A stretch of 64,000 nucleotides of DNA from Piedraia hortae CBS 480.64 (Eukaryota), in contig MU005973.1 of the NCBI GenBank assembly GCA_010093745.1, positions 62,001-126,000 on the forward strand. The letters are read 5' to 3'. Position numbers and translations under genes: made by a program. The first letter of the stretch is position 1; the number at the start of each line of letters is the position of its first letter. The notes below the pieces were generated by a model. That model was given only the letters and a program-made list of their open reading frames with translations, was not told the origin of the DNA and made no database searches. Shown piece by piece: positions 33,942 to 45,377 of this stretch.

Positions 33942-36459
33942 GGAGTCCGTTTTGGAAAAGGGGCAGTTTGTGGGTTAATAGACACTTCTCTGGGGTAAAA
34001 TATATCTTCAGTGTCGTACGGTTCATGTTATGAAAGGTGCTCGGCGGGCGAAGTTTGACAAAGGACTTTGCCAACCGCGGTCGTCAAGATTTTGGCAGAA
34101 TTCCAGATTAGTCTGGCACTTGCAGCGAGTGAGATGCCGAAACTATCTGATCAAAGGATTGTCGAAGCTGAAGTTGAAGTTGGGGCTGACTTTGAAAGGG
34201 TGGGGACCGTCCTCGACTCACTTTACCTATTCTCATGATTCCCAGCACCCCAACTCGCCCATGACATTATCTTACGTGGCGCGGGGCCTGAGTCCCTAGG
34301 GAGAGAACCCTGTTATTGATGTTTACAAGCTCTAGTGCGTTCTGAGGGCACATCTCATCCGATACGTGTTACCTTCTCGGAGGGATTACATATCTACACG
34401 CCTTGCAACATCAGCTATTCAAAAGACACCACCGCTCCCTCCACCATCCTACTTGTTGAGCATGGTGAGTATCTTCCAATCGGACTTGAAAAGCAAACAA
34501 AAGGACATTCATTCTGCCACAGAGCCATCAAGCTTGCAACGATGTAAACGAGGGCATTCGCAGACGCCCTCAAGGACGTGCATACGTGGCTGAATGTCTT
34601 GCCAACGTTCATAGGAAACTGTCAAACGATATCTTGTACATGCTCTGCATCTCCAATCTTGACAGGGCAAGTCAGGTATTTACCGCTTCGCCAAGTCGCT
34701 TGCCTGGTATGAAAAGCATTTCCCCCCCCCTCCCTTATGATCTTTCAAGATACAGATACCATAACCTCATTTGGAGATCGAGTGCGATAAAATTAAGATT
34801 CGTCATAAACCTGCTGTAAAGAGGGACGTTGGAAGTAACGCACAGACCCAGATTTGAGCAAGATATAATTTAGCATGGAAGTTATAGCCGAACAGAGGGA
34901 CTACCATGTTCTCGTTGGCTCCTACACCGGAACACCCGGTAGATATATGTAGTGCGTCCCTGGCGAACCGGATCCATGGTTCGGATACGAAACGAGGGAC
35001 TTGACCCATAGCACCTGCAGGAATGTCCTATGGCTTCGTACCCGTCAGATCGAAGCTTTTCACGGTGAAGGCCAGGAGGATAGGGGGCAATTTTGATTGC
35101 AGACTTGTGGAAAATCATGAGCTAGATCCGTGGAGGACAATGGAGAGTCCAAGGTTGCCTAAGTTTTTGCAGAGCTAGCCGACAACCCAAGGACAAATTG
35201 CTTCGACCTGGTGAGTTCTGCATATGTATCGCACTGCAGGTATCGCGTTCTTTGGCTCAAATCTCATCAAGACTCACGAAGCTCGGCCCCTAGGTTGCAT
35301 AGGCATATATGGATGATAGATGGGATATCTTTCTATCTTTCTACATACCTCTCACACAGTTTCTCTGTCAAAAAGGGCGACTGACTGGCAAACACGCAGA
35401 CAAACGGCTCGGCCATACACCACACAAAGCGTTGCATACAATCACCACTAAGGCGATTGCCTTCGACAGACCCTATTGCAAGATTGTTCACGCAACACCT
35501 TTGGTGAAAGTCGGTCAGGAATGTCATGATGATGCCCTTTTGCAGAGGCATGGGACTCAATAAGACCCCTCAAAAGCTAACATCCTGTGAGCCGGGCCTT
35601 ACTTTCCAAAGTTATATGTCATTTTCGCACAAGGCGTCACCCGAGCTGTCAGGCGGGTGGTATCTCGCGTTCCCCTTGCGGAGCGCTACGAGGATGCACC
35701 ACCGTAGGAAGAGTTCTGAGACTGCATTCCGTCCTCGGTAACGTCTCGGCGAATACGGCAGGAGCGCAGGGATCACTGCCCCACATTCAAGCAGGGACGA
35801 TACTTAAAAGCTTCGCACCACAAAGCAAACTCATTCACTCTGTCCTCTCTCTCTCTCCTCCACACATGCGCATACATCACACCCTGTCCGATCCGTGCAA
35901 TTCGACGCGGTGCACTGCTCGTCCCAAACACCTATGTCTGCATCTAGCATAGCTAGCCTTGGCTGGAGGTCTGATACCACCCTGTCGGGGAAACTGGGAG
36001 ACTGAGGGCTTCTCCGCTGATCCTAATGCGACATGGAATGTATTTCGAATGTTTCTGGGATGTACTGTAAGGTGAAAGTTTTGTATGAGCAGAATGGGCA
36101 ATTTGGGGAGGAAAAGCTGAGAAACCTCCGAGGTTTTTAGTGAATTCTGGGAAAATCGTCGAGTTAACCTGGAAAGGGTCGCTCGTTAAGACGCGCCCTA
36201 TATAGTAGCAGGATTGGCAAATATGAGCCAGAGGTGGAGCAGGTGCGACCTTCTAGACAATCGTACCTTTGACGCGTATGAACACCATGATGGATAATGA
36301 TGAACTGAGTTGAACGATGGATGACAAGTCACTCAGAAAGTGTCAACATTCCAGCGGCCCGGAAGTCTCTTAAGCTTCAAAACTTTAAGACTTCGATGAC
36401 GGGGACACATGACTAATGTTCTTTTTGTAGCTTTGGTCTTGCAAGATACAGGGCTCAGC

Positions 36460-37265
36460 CATTTTAAGCGAGTTTTTAGCTACAATAGGTGCCCTGACAA
36501 GCCCCATCTCACACCCGGTCTTCTCACTCAATTCGTGCGCATTATGTCTACATCGTTAATCTTCTCACCCTCATCAACGACATTATTTCAAGAGGGTATT
36601 AGGCGGCTTGGCGGCAGTAGCCTTGTTCACAAAAATGGCAGTCGGTCAACAAAGATCAACGCCAGCTGTAGTCCTTGCCAAGGAGCTTGAAAAAGAGAGC
36701 GACAAAGTTCAAACCGTGGAAGATACTTTGACGCAGCGTGAAAAAGCAATGAAAGAATGTGAAGACTCAGCTTATACACAACGTCGCGCCGTCTCAGATA
36801 AAGAAACATGCAGTTACAGTGAGGGATCACCTCCTGGGGAAGGAATTGGACAGAGTAGAAGACAAGAGGACCGGTTTAACTGCAAAAGCACCCAAATTGG
36901 CGAAGAATGATTACTGGCGTTCAAATATCTGGAGCGATGCCGCGTTTGAAAGAAGATGTGCACACAAGGTAATACGACATTATGAAGAAATGCAGGACCA
37001 CGCGAATGAGCAAGTGTGCCGCACTATGAAAGCCGTAGAGGAGGCCATGGCGATATGGAAACGCGCGGCATGGGCAAGGGACCTTGCAGCCAGAGCAAGA
37101 AAATATACGGTGGAGCAGAGGAAGCATGCTGTGAAGGAAATCGAGCACACCATAACGCTGGAATTGAACACAATAGGCGCAAAGCGCGCGATGGAAGAAG
37201 TCAAGCTCGCGATTGATAGCATTAAGTGCGTCAACAAGGCTTCTGAGCGCGCGCTGGCACGTTAG
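36460..37265 (+). pseudogene. Frameshifted coiled-coil protein gene, copy A of a tandem duplication
   Basis: Overlapping Glu/Lys/Ala-rich ORFs in shifting frames (36608-36910, 36759-37265), ending KASERALAR. Nucleotide similarity to 37530-38418. Confidence 0.6.
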
Positions 37266-37529
37266 AGGCTTGTCAGTGTCTGGAGGATATTGACCTTTCG
37301 ATCTCTAGGAGCATCCCGAGGACTCCATAGCTGTATATGGGCATCTGTACCCTTACCAACCGTATAGACGGCCATTAGTTCTACACATCCTGCTCCGTCC
37401 CCATCCAACGAGGTGTGGGAAAAGTAAATGACTCCTTTGACACCTCGGTGGCGATGGATACACAACTAATTTCTCTGTGATACCTTTAGTTATCAAAGAA
37501 GCATGACTCTACCTAGCTCTTGAGCGGTG

Positions 37530-38418
37530 GCTAAGCCACTTTAAGTAGGTTGCCAGTTACTTTAAGGGCTTTAGTAGACCCCTAATTCAAAGCCTGTTCT
37601 TCTTACTCAATTTGTGCGCATAACAGCACCGCGCATATCTTCGTCCTCATCAACATCCAAGAAAAAGACAAGAGAAATATTTTAGGATGGATGTGATAAT
37701 ATCAGCCGTGCTCATGACGACGGATTGGATGAATGAGAATCAAGGCCAGCTGTACCTCGAGCCAAAACGACCGGCACAGACATAATCAGGTTTCAAAGCG
37801 AGGAACAAATCTTGATGTGAGCGTGAGAAGGAATTGAAAGAACGTGAAGGTGCATTTAGATGCAATGAAAAAGCATCGCTGCAAAGGAGTATGCAGCTAT
37901 AACAAGGACCCTCGCTTTGAGAAACGATCTGCGCACAATTGAAGCGAAGGAAAGGGACTTGATGGCAGCAAAACCCACATCAGTGATGAAAGAAGGGTGG
38001 TGCGGAAAGGTCTGGAACCGTGCTGCGGTAGAAAGCCAGCGGGCAGAAGAGACATTACGATGCCATAACGAAGCGTCTGAACACGCAGATGAGCGAGAGT
38101 GATGCATGATTGAGGCTTGGGCTGAGACCATGAAAGTATGGAAGAGCGCGGCGTGGATGCAGGGAACGTGTAGCCGAAGGAGGAAAGTATACTTTGGAGG
38201 AAAGGAAACATGAGGTGGATGTGAGGGAATATGCCGTGAAAATAGCGGAAAATGCGATGAAGCTAAGACTAGCCAGGCTAAGGTCAAGGGAGAAGGTTAT
38301 AGAGGAGCGTAGGCGCGAGATCAAGAGCATTCAGCAGGCTGTTAAGGCTAACGAGCGTGCACTGGCATCTCAGGGGATCGTGAGCGCCTGGATGATGATG
38401 ATTACTTGTTTCCGATAG
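37530..38418 (+). pseudogene. Degenerate coiled-coil protein gene, copy B of a tandem duplication
   Basis: Matches copy A, e.g. ttcttactcaatttgtgcgcat vs ttctcactcaattcgtgcgcat, WNRAAVE vs WSDAAFE, WKSAAW vs WKRAAW, KANERALA vs KASERALA. It contains internal stops. Confidence 0.6.
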
Positions 38419-39229
38419 GAAAATTCGGAGACTACATAGCTGCAAAAAGGATAGCTGTACCTATCCCAATCATATTTATGATTGTGTTCTGAGATTTTTC
38501 AACTTCGTTTCTTGAGGAACCCTCTCCTATCTTTGTGCTTCTGACGACGTCGAAAAACATATTTGAAAGAATATTATTTTAGCCCGTGCTTTGACGTGAT
38601 ATAATGTTTCCGCAGGAGGCGGATCATTGAGGAGACCTGTCGTGTCAGTTTACCCTAACAGCGTAACCATGAATTGCAATGATCCAATACATCTTAAGGA
38701 TCATGTCGAAAATGAGGTGTTCGGTGTGTAGCGCCGTGTACGATTGGGCACGGAAGGTGTTAATGAAAACAGTGTGGAACGCAGTATCTGGAACTAAGGC
38801 CTATTATATATGATATGTAATCGGTAACTCACCGACAGGATCTTAACCACAGTTCGGGGACCGAGTAGGGTTGTTACTATCGAGCTTCGATCATGCTCCC
38901 CACGGTACCGGAAAGACTGAGGAGATATCCATGTCCATGCTCCACACTCGTTTTCCCAAGTTGGGTTGACAGCTGAATGACAGATCCATGACACCTGTCA
39001 CAGGGGGCGCGTTCGTAATGCCCCAAGTGTCATCCAGAACATTACGGAAAATCTCACTCAGGGGAGATTTTAAAAACCCACGACGTGATTCGATGACCGC
39101 GGGAAAAGAAAAGTGAGAAGTAGATCTGTGTGCCAAGGCCGCCCCAACCCCGGCACGAATCGGGCCGCATTCGCCGTGACAGTATTCTAAGCCGATGTAT
39201 CCAGTGCCTGCTACGACTAAATTTGATGG

Positions 39230-40454
39230 AACATCGCAATTCGTCAAGGGAATGGAGAGAATCATCATCCAAGATCAAGAAGTGTTGAAGAAACAGAGGG
39301 GTTGGAAAAAGGAGAGATAATCTGCAAAACCTGCATTGCCTCATCGTGTCTTTCCGCATGCGCCATATCTGTGAATGTAATGCCCTTCAGTCCAAGTGTC
39401 CGAAGACGGGGAAAAATTCATCGGGCCTTATTTTGCAACAGCCCGAAGTTCAAAGTGTTCAGAATTCGGCAGTATTCCAAACGGCGACGATTACGTCCCA
39501 GTGCCTTGAACGTTTCGGCATCTATAATGCCTTAGAAGTCCATGATGAACTCTTGCAGCATGGGCAGGGAACGAAATAGGCACTCCCAGTTCTCCTTGCT
39601 TGTCTAAAACCCGATAGGGCCAGATGCACTAGCACCATCTCGGAAGCATATAGAGCGCATGACCTAAGCTGCGCGAGGCTTTGAAGGGAAAAATTATCAA
39701 TTACCGGCAGTTGAGCCTCAGTGCGAGAAAAAATCGACAGGACCAAGTTCTGCAGCGTCTGTAGCGTCGTTAATACCTCAAAAACTCTCCACGACGATGA
39801 CCTGAGCACGACTCTGAGACGTGTGATATTGCTGAGTATCTTGCAAAACGGCGCCACAGAGATCGAGGTTTTTACAGAAAAAAGACGCTCAAAGAGCACG
39901 GCGTGCGTATTATCAGCTACCTTCATTCGCTCCAACCTGTCACGTCGAATGAATTGCTCTAAGAGGCAGAGCATCGTTGGGTTAGTCGTTCAAAAACGCA
40001 CTTCCAGGAATTTCAGAGCGGTTAACTGTACAAGGAGGCGCATGGCCGCAAGGTCGCCCGGACGCTCAACCAGATGAATTTCTGACAGGCCGCTAGGGGT
40101 GCTTGCAAATGCTGCGGCGGGCAATCGCTGGGCGCGGTCGATGATTCCGTCGGGATCCTGCCCGATGCCGTAGACGTATAGCGACTTCAAGCGAGGAAGT
40201 TCGCGCGTTCTCATGCTTCGCACCCAGCTACGTCTACGTGTGAAATGCAACGTCTGCACAAAATCCTGGCGATGCTCTGCGGGGACCGCCTCTAAACACT
40301 TGCTGTCGATCTCTTGCCATAGGATCTCCGGTTCCGGCCCACAGCAGTCTCGACACACCTGGGAAAAACTGCGCAGCGAATCTTTTGTCACCCAGGAGGT
40401 AGCTCGCGACATTTGACAGAATCTCCGCTGGGAAGCGCTGCCTATGTGGCCCAT
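39230..40454 (-). pseudogene. Second pseudogene of the F-box-like/LRR family
   Basis: FPAEILSNVASYLLGDK, then SLRSFSQVCRDCCGPEPEILWQEIDSKCLEAVPAEHRQDF, EQFIRRDRL, PVIDNFSLQSLA and DF*GIIDAETFKALGRNRRRLEYCRILNTL..*IFPRL. It has frameshifts and stops. The 3' end is approximate. Confidence 0.8.
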
Positions 40455-42838
40455 TCGTGCGTGTATATCGGGTGTATGAGGTTTGTAAAGTTCTGATTTG
40501 TAGTTGCATATTCAGAAGGTTAAGATTTGTTGGGTTGGCAATGTTCTTCGGTAGAATTGACAGGCGAAATCACTGTCAAGAAAGCTGGATACAAACATTC
40601 GTCCAGAAAGAGGTCACAGACGCACTATGAATAACATATAAATGATGCCACAAACGCGCTCCTTTCCAAACTGGAAACAAACCCGTAATCAGACATTTGC
40701 GTTACATGGCTATGGATAAACGCCTCCCTCACCAGCATGTCTCTCAGAGTTACAATTGGGATACTTCACACTTTGTTGTCAAGTACCTCATTAGTAACGA
40801 CGACACAGGCAATCTGATTCCATGAACAGAGTTTTAAACAAGGGTTATAGTATCGTGGAGGCTGCCGATGCCTGCCAAAGGGCCTGACAATTCTGCTCGG
40901 CTTCCACCTGCTGCCTCTAATTTGGCGCTGATCTGTCCCAGGGCGACCAACACTTAAAGTTTCAGATATCTCAATATTGCCCTCGAAAGCCTTCTCTCAT
41001 CGGTTGTATACTTGTGCTCAGTTCTTGCTTGCTCCTCCGCGACTTCAATAAAGACGTTTAAATGAAAGTGCTAGTCACATCGAGTATTGCGTGGAGCTAA
41101 TGACGTAACATTTTAGCTCCGACTGCCCCGCATTTGCCAAGACCACACCATCACGCCCATAAAAATGTAGGAATGTCCGATACTTTATTTCATCACACAC
41201 TGTATGCCTGTTACAGCGAGATTGTGAGTGCGCGCGTGGCGACCCGCGTCGCCAAGCGCACAATGAATTTGACACACCGACGCGCTCTGCTGGTTATCCA
41301 TAGCTACGCTCGCTACCGCGCGCGTATGGATGGCGCTTCTGGATTGGTTCGTAGTATCCTAGCTTGGTTCGGATTGTCCTCGTTATTGGGACTTATTAAA
41401 CCATTTCCTCTGAGCACCGTAACGATGCCGACGTCTGGCGTCTGACAGCCTGTCACCCATTCCCTGCACTTGCAAGTCTGCTCTAAAGGTCTGCTACCCA
41501 GTGTGCGTCAACTTCAAGCTGAGACGGCTGGTCCTAGTGATCCTTCCCATTAGGGTAGTCACATCAAAGTCTCATGCCTCGTACGATCCTCATCGCTGTG
41601 GGATCCATGCTGCTCACCATGACTCATTTCCTCCTGATGGTCAACACCGGACTAATCCAGACAGCATCGATGATATTTGCGTGTGTGGCAGCTCAGTCCA
41701 GAACGTCTGCTCACCCCGCCCCGACCACATGTCCTCTCCTTTCGACCGCCTTTCCGACATCTCCATCGTCTCCGGTTCCGTTCTCTTGTGTCGTTCCACT
41801 CCCCGGCACTCCCCGAGCCCTCCCAACATCCCTTCAAGTAGAACACGGAGGGCGTGAAGGGAGCATCTGTGGCGTCAACCCGCATTGGCCTCCTGAACGC
41901 GGTCATCTTCTTTGTCATTGATGGCAATGAGAGCCAGATCGACAGAGAAGTTATCCCCCACCATTGCAACCACACCCTGGGTAGATGCTTGTGGCAGAGC
42001 GGCTGGCCTGAATCCAGACAGGAGCCCCACCATCAATCGTCACGTATCCCACACGAAGAAGGACACATGACCCTCTGGGAGACGATTGTCGCTGCCTCTG
42101 TTCATCAAGGACGCAATCTACCAGGCGCGAAGACCCCTCTCACACAACTCCCCACTCATCCAGAGGCACCGTTACCACAATCATTACGGGCCTATCTAAC
42201 CTCGGTCAGACGCCGCACCCCTGCGAAGTAGCCCCAGCCCACGGCCATTCTGCTCAAGCAGAGCATCCCGTGGATGATCAACAAAATGGCCACGCCCACA
42301 GGAGCCGGACGTAGACGCAGCAACACAGGTACCAGCAGCCCAGGCGCAAGCAGCTCACAAAGTGGTACTGATGAACGCGTGCCATAGCCTCGAGTATGTC
42401 GCGCTCGCAGGCCCTTGCCTTTTCAACGGGATTGGAAGTCCAAGGGGGTGGAGTGAACCACAGGATTTGGGGGGGGGGGGGGGGGCTCTGCAAGGGAAAC
42501 CATGCTGAAGGAATAGACACATCAAACGCATTACTAGACATCCATTGGGACTCGTCGGCAAAGGTAGACGAGCATATTGCCGATTATATAGGAGGGGGGG
42601 GGTTACTTGATCAATCAAATAGATAGGGAGTTGATACACCCTAACACACTATGAATGCAAATAGCACCACACACCATTGTTACGCTATCCCCAACACTAA
42701 AAAGAATCACATCAACCCAAACCCACGTAGTGTCCATAACTATCCAAAGATCAATACAACTCCCACCTATCAACACTCCATGCAAAACAAAACCCAACCA
42801 TGCAAACTAACCCCCTACCCAACTCCCCCAACTACCCC

Positions 42839-44971
42839 CTACCCCGGCCTCACAAATCCCCTCCCCTCAAGCGCCAACTGCGCAAACACGCCCCCGATGA
42901 CGGGTCTAGTAATAAACGAAATTCCCGCCGGCAACTCCGCAGTATCAGTCTCATAGAGGTCCGGAAATCCAAAACCCACCTTCGTCTCAGCCACATACTT
43001 CCTCAACGTCTGCATAAACATCTTACTCGTTGACTCGCTCGCCACGGCAGCAGCATGCAACTCCCAATCGATCTTTGTGTACCCATGTCTCGTATCGAGG
43101 GGGACGCCGTATGTGTTGAAGAGTGTAGGGTAGAAGTTACTTTGCATTGAGAAGACCTCGCGCGGAACGAGGTTGAGGCCGAGGAGAGCGTCGTGGTAGA
43201 GAGAGTAGAGGATTCCGTGGGATTGGGGGTCGTTGTAGTTTAGTCTTGAGTGGGCGAGGGTGGTTGGGGTGGAATCTGTGAAGCCATATTGGCGCCATTT
43301 GGAGATATAGTTGTGTGCAATTTTTGTGAAGTTGGCCGCATCGGAGGCATGGTTGGTTAGGTTGGCGATGCGGGACATGGCTTCGATTCCGATGATGCCT
43401 TTAAGGGCGAGGTTGGTTTGGTTGACTAGGGGACCGGCAAAGTCGTCGGTGCTGAGTTGGTTGTTGGGGATGAGGGTGTCTTCGACGAGGTATTCGTTCC
43501 ATTGTTTAAGGATGTTGTAGTGTTGGGAAAGGTAGCTGTTGTCGTTGGTGCGTTGGGCGTGCGCGAGCATCATGATGATCATGTCGCCGCATTCTTCTAC
43601 AGGCATGTCCTCGGCTGGGATCGTTAATATGATACTGGGAAGGTGATGGGAAAACTTACAGTTTCCATCGGGATGGCCGGTGGCATTGGGGAATTGGCTG
43701 CCAATGTCGTGGACAGCATATTTCTTGGGCCAATGGCCATTTTCCTGCTGGATAAAGAGGGGATCCAAGAGGAGCTTGAGAATTGTGGCATTCATATACA
43801 AGGACATGACGTGGAAGGGGAAAATAACATCCACCGTGTTCATGTTTCCGTCAGAGGCGATTTCCTTCATGAAAAGGTATGGCGTGCCTGGGGTATTGGT
43901 CCATTCCAGAGAAGCAAAGGCCTGACGCGTGGCTAGAGACGTCATGCTCAGATAGTCTTGACCGTCTGCTGCGATCGAGTCTTTGGAGATTTGGGAGTCA
44001 ACTTGGGTTGCAATGACGCTCTCCTGCTGGTATTCCCCGAAGAAGTAGGAGACGGCATCAACGTCGTTGCTAAAGTAGCTCTTCCAGAGACACGGAAGAG
44101 GCGTATAATCCTTTGCGCCTTGAAACTGGATGCACTGGTCTTGATGCAAGCTGAGCTGGAAAACAGTGTTGACGGATGACTTTGCTACGCGGCCAAGATC
44201 AACAGCAAAGCCCATTACAGGCCATCTGTTGTTAATGGCGCGGTATTTGGTGTCAGCCGAGTTGTCGAGGATGCCCTTGTTGATGAATTGCCCGCGTACA
44301 TCGGTATCCGCACCAGATCGATGCGTCACCTTGTTTGTATTGGCAGTGGTATAGTACCAATTACCCCAATTGGCTTGATCATCAGTTTCGGAAAATTGAA
44401 GTTGTTGTTGGCGATAGACTTTGTGATAGGCAATGTTACCGCTGGTGTGATAATTCCACTCGGCAATAGCACCATGGTCACCCGATACCCACTCGGCAGA
44501 AATGTCAGTATAGAGATGAACTTGGTGTTCCTTGCCATCTAACGAGCGCACGGCAACATCTAGGTAAGATACGGGGAGAGATGCGCGCTTCATGTCATCT
44601 GCATGGACGGGAGAGAGAAAGGTGGCAGTCAGCTCGACTGGTCCTGCTGTCAGAGTAAAAATGCTGCGAGTAGAAGTGTACTCGGCCCGGGTCTGATTTG
44701 CGAGGTCAACATTCTCGGGTGCCTTTCCCAACCAAGTGTAGGTAGTGTTATCGACAGAAACGAGTCCCTGCCATCCAACAATCTGACCATGCCAGAAAAT
44801 GGGCCATTCACCAGCCAAGTAGCCGCCATTTCCCTGGTCGGAGCCTGCTGGTAACCACGTGTGAAAGTAGGGGCTGCGTACTGCCAGAGGAAACGATGGA
44901 GGTCTCAAGGGCACAAAATCTGCTTGAACCACAGCGAGTCCAGCCGCGTAAACAAGAGATGAGAGACGCAT
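42839..44971 (-). CDS. gtaA: Secreted glutaminase GtaA-like protein
   Basis: Signal peptide, RPPSFPLAVRSPY, FMKEIASDGNMNTVDVIFP, MPVEECGDMIIM, QLSTDDFAG, NQTNLALKGIIGIEAM and YGVPLDTR. There is a probable in-frame 45-nt intron at 43659-43615. Confidence 0.9.
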   Translation of the reverse strand: MRLSSLVYAAGLAVVQADFVPLRPPSFPLAVRSPYFHTWLPAGSDQGNGGYLAGEWPIFWHGQIVGWQGLVSVDNTTYTWLGKAPENVDLANQTRAEYTSTRSIFTLTAGPVELTATFLSPVHADDMKRASLPVSYLDVAVRSLDGKEHQVHLYTDISAEWVSGDHGAIAEWNYHTSGNIAYHKVYRQQQLQFSETDDQANWGNWYYTTANTNKVTHRSGADTDVRGQFINKGILDNSADTKYRAINNRWPVMGFAVDLGRVAKSSVNTVFQLSLHQDQCIQFQGAKDYTPLPCLWKSYFSNDVDAVSYFFGEYQQESVIATQVDSQISKDSIAADGQDYLSMTSLATRQAFASLEWTNTPGTPYLFMKEIASDGNMNTVDVIFPFHVMSLYMNATILKLLLDPLFIQQENGHWPKKYAVHDIGSQFPNATGHPDGNCKFSHHLPSIILTIPAEDMPVEECGDMIIMMLAHAQRTNDNSYLSQHYNILKQWNEYLVEDTLIPNNQLSTDDFAGPLVNQTNLALKGIIGIEAMSRIANLTNHASDAANFTKIAHNYISKWRQYGFTDSTPTTLAHSRLNYNDPQSHGILYSLYHDALLGLNLVPREVFSMQSNFYPTLFNTYGVPLDTRHGYTKIDWELHAAAVASESTSKMFMQTLRKYVAETKVGFGFPDLYETDTAELPAGISFITRPVIGGVFAQLALEGRGFVRPG

Positions 44972-45377
44972 GCTGAAGATGCGGGCTCAAGCAGACGGAC
45001 GAGAACATATATAATAGCCATGGTAGAGCACGCGCTGCCATGTTGTGACATGGTTTGCGCCATGCTTTGTGCCATGCTTCACCCATGCAGTTAACGATGC
45101 AGGTACAAGGTACGGCCGTGCAGAGGCTCGTGAACGTTCCGGTCCAGTCACGTTAGCTGCAGAAAACGGCCGAGTTTAATTACATGGGCATATTTGCCCG
45201 AACAATTTGGTTAACAATCACCTTGTGATCCGAGTGCGGTCAGGCGGTCGGATGAAGTACTTTGACGAATGGGGCAGGCACGCAGCTTGTGCGCCTCAAA
45301 CAAAAAACTTGATTGGTGTGAATTGTCTAATGCACAAAAGCTTATATTTAAACATCCGAACGTTCCCTGCAGCGAGA

